Notes under the pieces: generated by a model
Told to the model about the DNA's origin: nothing
Databases searched by the model: none
The model's input: the letters and a program-made list of their open reading frames with translations, nothing else
Translations under genes and position numbers: made by a program
Assembly (NCBI RefSeq): GCF_030684315.1
Contig: NC_081378.1
Span: 23,546,571-23,610,570 of the forward strand
Source of the DNA: Stegostoma tigrinum
Lineage: Eukaryota
Reading direction: 5' to 3'
DNA: 64,000 nt
In this document: piece by piece, positions 14,101 to 28,400 of the stretch
Layout of the letters: each line of letters starts with the position of its first letter
How positions within the stretch are numbered: the stretch's first letter is position 1

Positions 14101-16415
14101 CTTTCCTATTCCTTAGTTCTCCCCATTTTGCCTTGCTGCAGGAGTCCTCTGATGTATCCTCACTCAGTACAGCTGTGAGATAATCCTTTACCACCAACAC
14201 AAAGTCCCCCACCCCTTTTCCATCCCCTTCTATCACACCTGAAACATCTAACTCCTGGGACATTCAGCTGCCTGTCCTGTCCCTCTTTCAGCCAAGTCTC
14301 TGTAATCTCAATAATGTCATAGTTGCAAGTGTTAACCAAAGCTCTCAGTTCATCTACGTTGCCTAAAAACTTCTCACATTGAAACACATGCATTTCAAGC
14401 CACCTCCCCTGTTCTTTTCAGCAGTGTTTTCCTGCCTGATCCTGTTCTTCGTCATGTTTGCTTTGCTTCTATATCTTTCTCAATTTCTGTGTCCACTGCC
14501 CAACACCACTGGTTCCTATCAGTAGTTTTAATTCTCCCCAAACCACTCCACCAGTACCCACCCCGCTGGACATCAGTCTTGGCCTGGTGTAATCCATCCA
14601 GTTTGTACAGATCCTGTCTCCCTCAGAATGCTCCATGAATTTGAAACCCTGCCCCTCATACCATCTTTTCAGCCACACATTCTAATGACATATCCTGCTG
14701 TTTCTACTCTGACTAGCTCTTGGCACTGACAACAATCCCAAGATAACTGACTTTGAGGTCCTACATTTCAACTTTCTTCCTAGAACTCAATATTCTTCTT
14801 TTAGGACCTTATCCTTTTTTTAACCCATGTTGTTAGTACCAACTTGTACCATGACAACTGGCTGTTTACCCGCCCCTTCCAGAATGTTCTGCAACTGCTC
14901 TGAAACATCCAGGACCCTAGCATCAGGGAGGCAACATACCATTCTGGACTCTTGTTTGTGACTATTGAATCACCTATAACTTTAGCATTTCTATGCCTGT
15001 TTCTCCCTCCCTCTGCATCACAGCCAACACAGTGCCATGAATTTGGCTGCTGCTGTTATCCCCTAAGTGTGCCAATCCCCTCAACAGTATTCCAAAACAG
15101 TAGATGGCATATAAGAAAACTCCGTTTTTCCAGGTGGAAAAGCCTCTTTTTTGCACAAACTTACTTAGCATCTAAGTCAACCTCTTTTTCAGTTAATCTT
15201 ACTCTACCTTCCCCTGTTCTGAATCAAGAGAAAGGCTCCATAAACCCTGCATGTCCACTCCTCCCTCCCACCATGATCCTGACTTCACTTACATTGTGCC
15301 ACCAAGAGTGAAAAAAGTACATTAATTGAAAATAAGAAACAATTCTACAGTAACCCCTGTTCCTTCCATTCATACCTGTTCCCAACACTAGTTTTCCTTG
15401 GACATTTTTCTTACTGCTCCTATTTCATTTTCAGACCTTTCTCTTTTATCAAGCCACCAGTGTCAACTTGATCATTGTCAACTCTGCCATTCTGAGCGTT
15501 TATTTAATTACCCGTTCTTTAAATATGTTTTCACTCACGTTTTTGGTGTTACCGTCCATTGGTAAAGGCATGGACTGCTACAATGCAGCTAAAACAAGCA
15601 GAAACATCTGCCTGCCCTGTCAGGATAATATCATTTCAACCCAGACTTTGGTATGTAAAACAACTCTTTACTGAGTTCTCATCAATTGATATCCTATTGT
15701 TCACTAAGCAGACTGATTATTCAGTTCAAGTGTCCAATGAAGGTGTTTATGTACAAAGTCCTTTTGTTGTTTCGTCTCACATTATAAAATAATCTTTCCT
15801 AACTTTTATTTTCATATGATTTGGTTTGTGGATGTGCTTCCTACGGTCACAGATCTGTGAGATTTCGATGGTACCAAGGGTTCTACACGTCAGGCTCTCA
15901 ACCAGTGACCTGGGCCATCGATAACGTTTACATTGGACCACAGTGTGAGGAGATGTGCAATGGACATGGTAGCTGTGTCGGTGGAACCCAGTGCATTTGC
16001 GACTCCAGGTATTCTGGACCAACCTGCAAAATCAGCTCCAAAAACCCAGATTTCTTGAAGGGAGACTTCAAAGGTTTGTTGAAAACAATGTATTTGTAGT
16101 TTTGTAAACCCTGGGTTAAAGGAAATGACACAGAAGTATTGCAAAGTGTGTGGAGAATGAAGGCCATTTTCTGTTGTTATTATTAATGATAATGCTTCCA
16201 GTGTATTTTATTCTGAACATTGGGGATGTGAAGCTGTTTGAAACATGATGAAAATGGTGGGGGGGGGTGGGTCACCTGGTTGGAACATCCATTCAGATTA
16301 TTAGTACACACTCACAGGTTTTCTACCTCCTTGCTCACCAACCCATGGCTTTCTGTAAATTGTGTGGAAAGTCACAGGCTTATGGGTATAGGAGTGAAAA
16401 ACCACAGCCAGTATT

Positions 16416-16451
<36 letters not shown>

Positions 16452-19400
16452 AAGATTATTAGAATGGTGGAGGGAAGGAAGGAGAGTATTACATTTCTGT
16501 GCTTTGAACATCATGGTTTGTGGTCAGTGGAATCAGCTGGTGTTTCTGTGTGATTCAGTAGAAAGAGAGAAATCCTATTAGTAATTAATAAGGCTGTCTA
16601 TCATAGCAACAATATGTGTCTAAGTATTTCATGCAATAAATTGCTGTTACTAGTATGGTGAAGGTTACATAAGCAAATGGCAGTCATTTTTCACCATTAA
16701 TAGTGCTCAGATGACTGCATGACAAAAGGCCAGCCCTTCTGCTTTTGACTTTAACTTTTGGTCAGTAGCTTTACCTTTTGAGTTGTGCCATGGGTTCTAA
16801 AACTGGCACTTGAACTTGTCTCCCAAATTACAACACCTCCATTAACACAACACTCCCCCACTGCTTCACTATTATTTAAGAATTGGACTGGGAGCTTAAA
16901 CCCACAAAGGTTTGACCAACTGAATCTAGCTAATATCACCGATCACCATTAAAAAAGCCTGAAGTTATCAAAAAGTCTACTACAGCATAATCGATTGGTT
17001 TGAAATAGCAGTCTCCCCAGTGTGCATGAGTTAGACTGAAATTAATTCTGTTCTTTCAGATGGTTGTAAAAGTTCACAAGACACCATTTCAAGGAAGATT
17101 GGGGAAATTACCCAATATTTATCCTCAAAACCAATCATAAAAATTGATTATCTGCTGATTGTTGCTTTGATGTTTGCTATGCACACATGGGCTACTCTGT
17201 TGTCGAGATTACAAGAGCAGGGTTACAAACTGTCCCAGAATGATTCTGCTAGACTGGACATCAGTCTCCTGGTGGCTAAAAGAAAGCATTCCAAGAGATT
17301 GGAATACCACTTTCTCAATGCAAGTTTTGTGAATTTTCAACATTCTCCATTCTTGGAAGTGTAACATGGACATATGTTACAACAGGCGACATGGTGGCTC
17401 AGTGATTAGCACTGCTGCCTCAGCACTACAAACCCAGGTTTGATTCCACCCTTGGGCAAGTGTCTGCGTGGAGCTTGCGCATTCTCCCTGTGTCTGCAAG
17501 GGCTTCTGTCAGGTGCTCTGGTTTCCTCCCACAGCCCAAAGATGTGCAAGTTAGATGAATTGACAATGTTTAAATTGTCTGCGGTGTCTGGGATATGCAC
17601 TCTGGATGAATTAGCCATGGCAAATGGATGGATAGGGTAGGGGGTTGGGTTTGTGTCGGATGCTGATCAGAGGCTTCGTGTGGATTCGATGGGTCAAATT
17701 GCCTGTTTCCACACTGTAGGGATTTTGATTCCATGAACTACATCATCAGTAAACTGCGTGGAAACACGCATTGCTTCCTTCTGAGTAGGTGCTGGCTAAA
17801 GATCTTTCTTTCTTCAATGAATCTCAGTTACAGGCATGATTGTGCCTCTACACACTGGTGCCTGCATATAAAAACAGAGATAATGGGAACTGCAGATGCT
17901 GGAGAATCTGAGATAACAAAGTGTGAAGCTGGATGAACACAGCAGGCCAAGCAGCATCTCAGGAGCACAAATGCTGACCTTTCGAGCCTAGACCCTTCAT
18001 CAGAAAAGCAGGAGGGGGAGAGGGTTCTGAAATAAATAGGGAGAGAGGGGGAGGTGGATCGAAGATGCATATAAAAACAAACAGGTTTTAGCCATGGCTA
18101 TTTTGGATTAACTGCGCTAAAAAATGAAATATTTACTGCCCATGATTTACTTTCCACTTCTAATGTTTTCATGAACTTTGATTTTAGCAAGGTTCATTTG
18201 TGTGCAGATATAAAAGGTTTTAGAGTGAGAGTAACAGAATCACATAAAAGACAAATTAAAAGGATCATGATTTTGTACAACATTAACATTAATAAAATTG
18301 AACAGAAATGAGATTGGAAAAAGTCAACGTGCGTCTGCAAAAGACTGAAGCATTTTAATAGCTATGTTTTGCGTCTATTTAATGGAGAATTGCTCTCTAC
18401 GTTTTTGAATGTAGCAGGCTGCAGATTTGTTCGGTTCAGTGGATACTTTTCGGATGCTGATCTTGTTTCTCAATCGAGTAGCTGATATGCCACTAAATGC
18501 CAATTGATCAAGCTAAGAGTTTACATGGGGTAGAATGTGAATAATTAGGAATGATCTATTTTAAATTATAATCTAGCATTATTTTTATTAAAGATTATTC
18601 AGAGGATAACATTTTGAAACTCTCTAAAATATGGTAATAATAAACTTTGTAACTCTTATGCAGCAATAGTTTGTAACTATAAACCACATTGGCTTAAATG
18701 TAGTCTAACTGGCAAGGCAGCCATTCAAACCTGTGATGTCTGATTTCACATGCTTTACTCACTTTAATTTTCAGGCCCAATAGACCCAGAGAAATTTTTA
18801 GTGGTCAGCGGTGGGAGGCCATCCAGGAAATGTGGCTTAATGTCCAGTGGAAACAGCCTCTTCTTCAGTGAAGAGGGACTGCGCATGCTGATGACTGTGG
18901 ATATGGATTTGTCACATGCCAGGTATTTGAAACACATTTATCATTCAGCCTCCTTTCTTAATTGCTCATAAGTTGTTTTACATTCACTTAATTCTAAGTG
19001 AAATAATGTGTAAATGAGAAAAGCCTATTCAAACTCATTCTTCTTTAACTCACTGTACAAGCCTAGCTTAACAATTAAGTGTCTGCCTCCTATCTTAATA
19101 CTAACTGCTGTACTCTCATTCTAATCTGTCAATTGATATTTCCATTAAGTTGTATTTGTTATACCAAGTGACAGCTAATTTTAAATGTGCAATAATTACT
19201 TCTCAAGTCTGCTTGAACTTCATTTCCCCTTCAAGTGATGATTCATAAACCTAATATATCAATATCTCTGTTTCTGTCTCTTTCTTTTATTTTCCATCTC
19301 ACACAAGCCCTCCCCAACTCAAATGCTGATTTTTGACATGTTTATTGTTCTCCAATTTCATCATATCAAGAGCAGAATATTACTTTTATTTTAAAAGTTT

Positions 19401-22400
19401 CTTTCCATCATAAGATTTGACAGTTCTCGCAAAATGTTTAAAAAATATAATTTCCCTTCTATCACTTACCCAGATATTCATTTCAAAAGTGCTGTGATGA
19501 ATCATTCACAGAAATCAGTGAGCCCAGGTATCCATGCTGAATTGTTATATTGACAAGATGAGAGGAATTCTATGCATCTTTTTTCCATATAATATAAAAG
19601 AAATGAATGTTTTCATCTTACAGTGTGTCAGAGTGTTCTTTAATGTCTTGTCAGTTACGAGTCCAATATCCTCTCCCCGAGATGCTGGGGAGATTGCAAA
19701 TTTGAGACCTGGTGGTTGGTACATGCAAATATTAGGTACTAATGCTGAGTACATATGTAGCTCCCAGTGCTGTTCACAGCATGTCACCGTCAATCGTCTT
19801 TTAACTCAGGTCTGTGGGATTACGAATGTGCTTATAATGAGTCCTCATTACAAAAGCAGAGGATCTTTTCGAAAACCAGTACTGTGAGCAACTAAAGGGA
19901 GGTACTTTAATATCAGAAAGAATACAAGAACATGTGGACGTTTCTCAGAGAACACAATGGAATCTTCAACTTCTCCAGATTAAAGTGACAGTTCCACTTT
20001 TTCTACTGAATATGCAGAATCTCCTCAAAACATTTTTAACAGACAACGTGTATGTCAGTGACCCTTCAGACATCACATTTCATGTGCCAGTATTAAAGAT
20101 GCTGACTTATTTTCTGCAGGTTTTCTGACCTTGAAAGTCATTAATAGGATTCAATGATTGGAAAGCAACAGCTAATGCATAAAAGCTGCCATCAATAATT
20201 CATCTCCAGCTGACCCGGACTATTGCTATTTAGTCCACCCATTGAGGCATCAAGGCAATGGTATGAGCAGGACAGCCCACATTCAGCATAGCTACAACAA
20301 CAGACAACTCGCTCAAAATATGTGCAAATATGCCTTAAAGGCCAGTTAGTAATATAAAAATATATAATGTTGCCATGTAAGGCCACACCTGATTCACAAT
20401 ATGTTGTACAAAAATATATGAGAATAAGACAATGATCTCGGGAACTGGTGGGAGTGAAAAGGAGAGATGGCAGGACCCCCAGGCCACAGCAACTGGTTCA
20501 CGAGCTTCTCCCTCACTCCCCTCCCCACCCTATACACATCTCCTCACATTCCCCCAAATACCATCCCCTCATAGCACCCACACAAACCCACCTCACTTGT
20601 CCCCATTCAGCCCCCTCAGACACCTCTTCTACTCCCCTTACCCTCCTCACAACCCCACACACTTCCCCCTGACATGCCCCCAAATACCACCCCTCATACC
20701 TCCCTCACAAATCCTCCTCATACATCTTCATATAGTCCCCTCACACAACTCCTACACACCTCCCCCTCACTCTCTTACAACGTCCACAAACCTCCCTCTC
20801 AGACCCAACAAACACCACTTCTTCACACCCCTCCCACACCCGTCCCCCTCACCTCTCTTACACCCCTCCTGCACACGTCCCATTCCTCCTTACCTCTCTT
20901 ACACGCTCCCCCACATACCTCTCCATCACTCCGCCATGCCTCCCCTTACACTGCTCTCTCCCACACACTTCCCCTTCCACACGCTCGCCTCACACCCCAA
21001 CACAATCACCACCCACTGACAGCACCTCCTACACACTTACCCATCACACCCCTTGCACAACTTCCCCTCACCCCTTCCCCCAACCCTCCACTTGATCAAC
21101 TGGGGAATACAGGGAAAGTAGACACAAGGAATATGAGATCAGCCATGATGCTATTGAATGGTGGAGCAGATTCGAGGAGCCAAATGGCCTGCACCTGTTG
21201 CAATTTCTTATGGTCTTACATTGGAACCACTTTCTGTGTCCCTCAGAAAAACATTGGTTTTAAATTGCTGTCTACAGTTTGTGTTTCTGCGAATATTTTC
21301 TTCTGTTTTATTTGGATATTTTTATGGTTGGAAACAGCAGTATAACAAATGATCCCAGGCTCAATATGCCAAAGCATGTCCACATCAAGTCATTTATCTT
21401 AAAAAGTTGATATGAGGGAATTGACCTTTTGCACAATTAGTCATTAGGATTTTGAATGCCCTCCTTTGCCTGGTGGTGGAAACAGACCCAGTAATAACTT
21501 TCAAAAAGAATTGGACATCAGCTATAATCAGAAAAAGTTTACAGGGGCACAGGGAAAGAGCAAGGGGGTGGAACCAGCTGAATTTCTCAAAGTACCTGAT
21601 GCAAACGTAATGCGTAAAATGACTCCTTCTGAGTGGTTTTATTCTGTAATTGTATGAAATGTCAACTGATATCTTTTATTAATTTTGACTTCTGTTGTTT
21701 CTCCACTCAGGTTTGTCCAGTTTTTCCTTAGACTGGGTTGTGGAAAAGCATCTCCAGACCCTAGGAGCCAACCTATGCTTTTACAGTATTCCCTGAATGG
21801 GGGCCTCAGTTGGAGCGTTCTCCAGGAATTTCTCTTCAGCAACTCGAGTAACATGGGCCGATACATCGCCCTCGAGATCCCACTGAAGGCTCGATCCTCC
21901 TCCACCCGTTTGCGTTGGTGGCAGCCATCTGAGGATGGGCATTTTTACAGTCCCTGGGCCATCGATGAGGTGGGACTTTTCATATAAAAAACCAACACAG
22001 TTGGGAGTTGTGGTAAACAGCTACAGTTAATTCTTAACCAGGGATAACCAGGGCGGCATGGTGATACAGTGGTTAGAACTGCTACCTCACAGCGCCAGTA
22101 ACCTGGGTTCGATTCCAGCATCGGGCAACTGTCTGTGTGGAGTTTGCACATTCTCTCCGTGTCTGTGTGGGTTTCTTGCGGGTGCTTCGGTTTCCTCCCA
22201 CAGATCAAAGATGTGCAGGTTAGGTGGATTGGCCATGCAAAATTGCCCATAGTGTTCAGGGATGTGTAGATTAGATGGGTATGGGTCTGGGTGGGTGCTC
22301 TGAAGTTTGGTGTGGACTAGTTGGGCTGAAAGGCATGCTTCCACACTGTAGGGATTCTGTGATTACAATAAATTAGCTTGGTGCTCAATCTCCATAAGGT

Positions 22401-25400
22401 TACACAGATGAAATATCACCCACAATTTCTGGTCTTTGTGCCTACTCAATGACAGTCTTTGAAAGGAGGATGATAGCATACTGGTAGTGTTAATGGAGTA
22501 ATATCGCAGAGTCTTGGATTAATGCTCCAGAGACTTGGGTTCAAGGCCCATCAGAGCACCTAGATGAATTCAAGTTTAATTTATTTATAATTCTGGAATA
22601 AAACACTCATCTCACTAATTAGCTTCATTACACTTGAATATAAAAGGTGTAGTTTGTTGAAGCTGTTCGTCTTGCACTCATCAGGATGTTTTGCAAGAAT
22701 ACCAAAGGGGCAAGCCAAAATCTGTACTGAATTAGAGGAGGGAGCTGATTGGATGGCAGTGTATCTGATTGATAAAGGTGGTGCCATAGAGAATGCATCC
22801 ATTAATGTCGATTGGAAGATGACCACTAGCGCATTAGGCCCTGTGTTCCCTGATATTTTTATTATTTTATTTGTGTCTTCTTTTGTGAAGACAGAACTGA
22901 AGTACGTATTGAACCAATTCACCATTATAAATTCTTCTATTTCAGACTGTAGGGAACTTATATTCATCTTTACTAATTTTTTTTCTCTTCACATATCTAT
23001 AGAAGCTTTTACTGTGGGTCTGTAAGTACCCTGCAAACTTACCCTCATACCCTATTTTATCCCTCTTAACCAGTCTCTTGTCTTCCTTTGCTGGAATCTA
23101 AATTGTTCCCAATCCTCATGTTTGTTGCTTTTTGGCTAATTTGTGTGCCACTTCCTCAGATTTAATACCACCCCTAATTTCCCTTGTTCACCATGGTCTT
23201 ATCACTTTTACCATTTTGTTTTCATGTCAGAATGGGAAGAATAACTTTTGTACTTATCCATGTGCTCTTCAAATATCTACTAATGCCTATCTCCCATCCT
23301 GCCTTTAAATAATAATGTCATAGCCAGCTCACGTCTCATTATATTTTAATTTCCTTCATGTAAGCTTAAGACCCTAGTCTCAGAAATAACTGTCTCTCTC
23401 TATCTTAATGAAGAATTGTATCCTACTGTGGTCACTCTTCCTAAGGGCCAAAACGCAACTAGATCATCAATTATTCCTTCCTCATTGCACAATGCCCAAT
23501 CAATAAAGGCCTTTGGTCGAGTTGATTCCTCTACATATTGATAAGTGAAACTATCCTGTCTATACTGGTATTTCTAAGCTCAACCCATGCAAATTCTACT
23601 TCGCCAGAGCTAATATCCTTCCTCATAATCACATGAATTTCCTTTTTAATCAGCAGTGCTGCCACATTTCCTTTTCCTCTTTGTGTGTCCTTTCTAAAAT
23701 CAGAAAACCCCTGGATATTCAGTTCCCATTCCTGGCCACCCTGCAGCCATGTCTCTAATCCCGAGTGTATCATGCCCTTTTATATCTATTTGTGCTACTA
23801 ATTCATCAATTTTAATGTGAATGCTTTGCATATTGAGGCACAAGGCTTTAAAATTTATCTTGTTAGCATTCTTAGTCCTGTGGTCCTGCTCAGCTCTAGC
23901 CCTTGAATTTTCTACCTGCCTCCTTTCTTATTTCCCATTCTGTCTTTGTTTTGTTCATTATTTCCCTGTCATCCATCTCCCTGTGTAGATTTTTCTTTGC
24001 CTGCCATTTTAGTTTAAACGCTCACGACCACCCTTGCGAATATATCCCATAGGACATCAGTTCCAGTCCTGCCCAGCTGCACTCTGTCTAGCTCGTACTG
24101 GTGCTAGCTCCCACAGAATCAGTCCCATTTCCCCAGAATCCCCTTGCACCATCTCTCCAGCTACATATACATCTGATATATCCTGGAATTTCTACACTGA
24201 TGAGCATGTGACACCAGTAGCAATCCCAAGATCACTACCTTTGAGGCCCTACTTTTAACTTGCTTCCTAACTCTCTCTTTCTGCTTTTAGGACCTCATCC
24301 CTATATCATTGGTATTTATGTGTACTACTTTCACTGACTGTTCACCTTCCCACTTCAGGAAGTCCCATAGCCACTCTGAGACATCCTTGACCTCAGCACC
24401 TGGGAGACAATATACCACTCTGACGTTTCATTTGTGGCCACAGAACAGTCGACCTGCTGAGCTTTTCCAGCAACTTTGTTTTTGTATCTATTCCCTTTAC
24501 CATTGAATCCCTTATTACTACAACATTCCCATTCTTTTTCCTCCTGTCCTGTGCAGCAGAACCAACTGTGGTGCAATGACTTTGGCTGCTGTCACTTCCC
24601 CGAAGAGTCTAGTCCTCTCAAAAAGTATCCAAAGCAGTATATCTGTTTTGCAGGGGAACAGCCACAGAGGATTCCAGATCTACCCACTGAGCCCTCTTAC
24701 CCTGTCTGGTGGTCCTTCCTTTGCTCCCCATGGAGCCTTACCCAATGGTGTGACCGCCTCTCTACATATGCTATTCATGATACTTTCAGCCTTGCAAATG
24801 CTCCAGCGTCCTCAGATGCCATTCTAACTCCAAAACCTAAACTTCCAGGAGCTACAACTGGACAACCTGCGTACATTGGCCTCCAGTACTGGACCTGTGC
24901 ACGATTTCTCATGGAGCGCGGGCATGGGGATGTCATGAGTAGGAATATTTATTAATGATTGCACACTGTTCAGGACCTAATGAAATGCCTCAAAGTAATG
25001 AAGCTGTCATTGCCCACATGCAGCAAGACTTGGACAGAATTCAGGCTTGGGCTAATAAAAGACTGATAATAATTGTGCTATGCAAGTACCAAATAATGGA
25101 CATTTCCAGCAAATGAGAACTTACCTATCGCCTGTTGACAGCCAAAAGCATGCCCATTACTGAATTCCTCACCATAAATCCTGAGTTTTATCAGAGATCA
25201 GAAAAGTAACAGGACCAACTATGTAAATACAGTGACTACATCAGCAGATCAGTGTCTCGGAATGTTTCAGTGAATAACCTATCTTCTGGCTCTCCAAAGC
25301 CTGCCCACCAACTACAAAGCACAGGAGCATGATGGAATGCGTTCATCTACCTGGATGAATGCTGCTCAAACATCAAGAAGCTCAACAGCATCCAGAACAA

Positions 25401-28400
25401 AACAGTCCCCTTGATTACTAACCCCATTTTCCAATTTAAAACAATGTACAGTTCAACAACTTGCCATGGTTCTTCTGGTTACATCTTTTACCAGCTAGAA
25501 GGTCAGCGGCAGCAGGCATGAAGGAACACAGCCACCTGCAAGTTACAATGCCATCCTGACATGGTATTGTATTCCATTTCTTCACAGTTGCTGGGTCAGA
25601 AAACTGGAACTCTCTCCCTAATTGCACTGTAGGTTTAGCTGCACCAACAGACTATAGTGGTTCGAGAATATGGCTCACCACAAGCTTCCAAGGCAATTAG
25701 GGATACACAATTAATGGCATTCCTGCCAGCAATGGTTACACTGAAAGAACGATAATATATTTAAAAATGAGCATGTCAGTAGTAGAATGAAGACAAAACG
25801 TGATTCAGCTCTGATGCTTGCAGATTCTCAGATGCTTGGTGAAGAAAAGCCATTTGGGTACAAGCACAGAGGGCCATTTTCATCTGTGGACCACCCATCA
25901 GCAATGTCATTTCATCAGAGAAACAGAATATGAGGACCAGGTTAGGGGGAAAGAAATATGGAGTGAGAAAGTGCTATTTGAACCTTGAACAATCTCTCGA
26001 ATTATGGACAATATCCTTTCCTATTGAATTCAATGGGAATATTCTTCAGGGCTTTTCTTAGAAAATATGATCAGCAAAACTGAAAACTGTCCATCCATTT
26101 CTATATTACCTCTGTACAAAACAGACCAGTAGTTTTAAAATGTATCTCTCATGTCCAATCTCTAGTACGTTTAGCCTGAATATTTTGGTTTGTTTTTTAA
26201 TATGTTTTAAATGTATTTTTGTGTCATTTTTATTTCCTCTTTACTAATACCTCTTTGCAAATGAAACAGATTGTGATTGGAGGAAGCATTACTGGTAACA
26301 CTGTGATTGAAGATAATTTCAGCACATTGGATCACAGGAAGTGGCTGCTGCACCCAGGAGGGACAAAGATGCCTGTCTGTGGCTCGAATGGGGATGCTTT
26401 GGTATTCATTGAGAAGGCTTACACCCGTTATGTTATCTCTACTGATGTGGTGGTGAATGAGGATTCCTTCTTGCAGTTTGATTTTGCTGCTTCCTGCTCT
26501 GTTACAGACTCTTGTTATGGTAAATGTCTTTTTGATCAGTAAGGGTTCAAAGAACCCTGAAATTCTTGTGATTCTACATAGTTGAGGTAGCATGGGACTC
26601 CCATTCATCCTTGCCTGGGCCATACTTTCACTGTTTATGCTAGAATTAAGACTCAGGGAGTTTCCCAATAAAGTACTCTAATGCACCTGAACAAGTTTGG
26701 TCAACTAATGCCCTCTACCTTTAAAGGACAGACCCTTAAAGCAATTGCAATATTAAAAGCCTACTTATCATAAAACATCTGACTATGACATCTGATGTTG
26801 TCCAGATTTTTTGAAAGTAACCTACCAAATAGTTCCGAACTCCACAACAAGTTTTCGCCAAGGTTTACACACTGTCTGACTTGACATGATTCACCCAGAT
26901 TTCAGCAATCCATCTTCCTCACTGAAGATATCAATCTCAGGAAATTGACAAACGAACAGAGGTGTGACATACTCAATCTAAGGTTATTTTGTGGATGTTT
27001 CAATTTTCTACTTGCCATAATTTCTACACCAACCAAATTGGCTGATTGTGAGGATTTGGTGGTAAATTTAAATTTCAAGTCTCGCTGCCATATCTTTTGA
27101 CTGCATGTCATGGGTAGCCCCAGCATCAGGACAGCCAAGCAGCTACATCTCACTTTTCAGGAACAGGGTTGTTTAAATAGCCAGACAAGAACCTTACAAC
27201 TGGAAAATGCTCATATCACACGTGGTTGAATACCTTTACCAAACAAATGCTCAGAGACTGTCTTGGGTGCTGGGAGTTCCTTTGAAGCTATGTGCAGAGA
27301 GGTCTTAATTTTCCAGGGTTCTCCAGCAACCCCCATTTTCTTGATGTCAGGAAGATGCAAGTGTTGGCGGTAGATCCATGTTCCCCACTATTAACATTTA
27401 AAGAAACAGTGGAATCTTGATACAGTCAGGTTCTGCTCCAAACTCCTGTGTTCCTAAGCAGAAATTTGCCCCTCCACCCATTCCCAGTACAAGACTTTCA
27501 GGGTCTTTGTCTACCAGACAACCATAAAGTTTAAATATGACGGTTGATGCATGCGCTTGTCTTGCTGTTAAGAAACTGTACGTGTAGGATCATGGGTCAC
27601 AGAATCAAAGCTATTGATTTCATGCTGTTTTGTAAATCTAGGATTGTAGAATTACGTTTTGATAGCATGAGATATTCATTCAACTAGAATATCTCAAAAA
27701 TGAACAAATCAGTACTCCATGTGTAAGTCAGAACAAATTTAGTAACAGTCTGACAAATATGATGGATCTGTCTCTATGTTGGTTGCTATGGACAGACATT
27801 AACTTGTCCTCATTTTATGCATTTTTACGATGTGTAATTAGCCATTGAGCATTTTGCTGGTTCATTTATTGGGTTAATTAATAGTGACATACAGAGCATA
27901 ATAGCAGGTACTTTAAAGCACTAAATAAAATGAGGCTGCTCATTCTCCAAACTGTGTACAGTTTTTTAAAAATTGTAACATCTGTCTTAAAATATTAGAC
28001 TTAATTCAACATTTTCTCAGCAGGGAGCTGTGTTTGTAGAGATCAGTTTGGAGCTAGTGGTTTTCTATTCATTGACATCAGTGGGTGGAAAATTATGGGT
28101 GAAATTCAGACAATGCATCCTCTGAGTGCCGCACCCTGCTCTTAAATCTTCTAAGGGAAAATTCTACTGTACTATTCCAGAGTTTTCATCATTTCTCGAT
28201 TAGAAAACAAGTCAGCAAATCTGACAATCAAAAGTGGTAATTTTACTTCACAAAGTACTGTCAACTCCTAGAAATCTTGTTTGAATCTTTGAATTGCAAA
28301 TGTAGTTTAAATTCATGACAAGTCTTCCAGTGACACAAAAAAACTAATTAGTAATAGTTTCACAGCTATAGTTTCAACTCTCTCCAATAGGTGACTAAGT

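Noticed and set aside
20432-21345. Pro/His/Thr-rich ORFs of 195 and 223 aa
   Set aside because: Artefacts of the G-poor tract, where stop codons are rare; intronic, with no domain.
22051-22125. tRNA genes at A/B-box-bearing heads (also 17384, 30713, 58047)
   Set aside because: Each continues into the HE1 SINE core; no complete cloverleaf.
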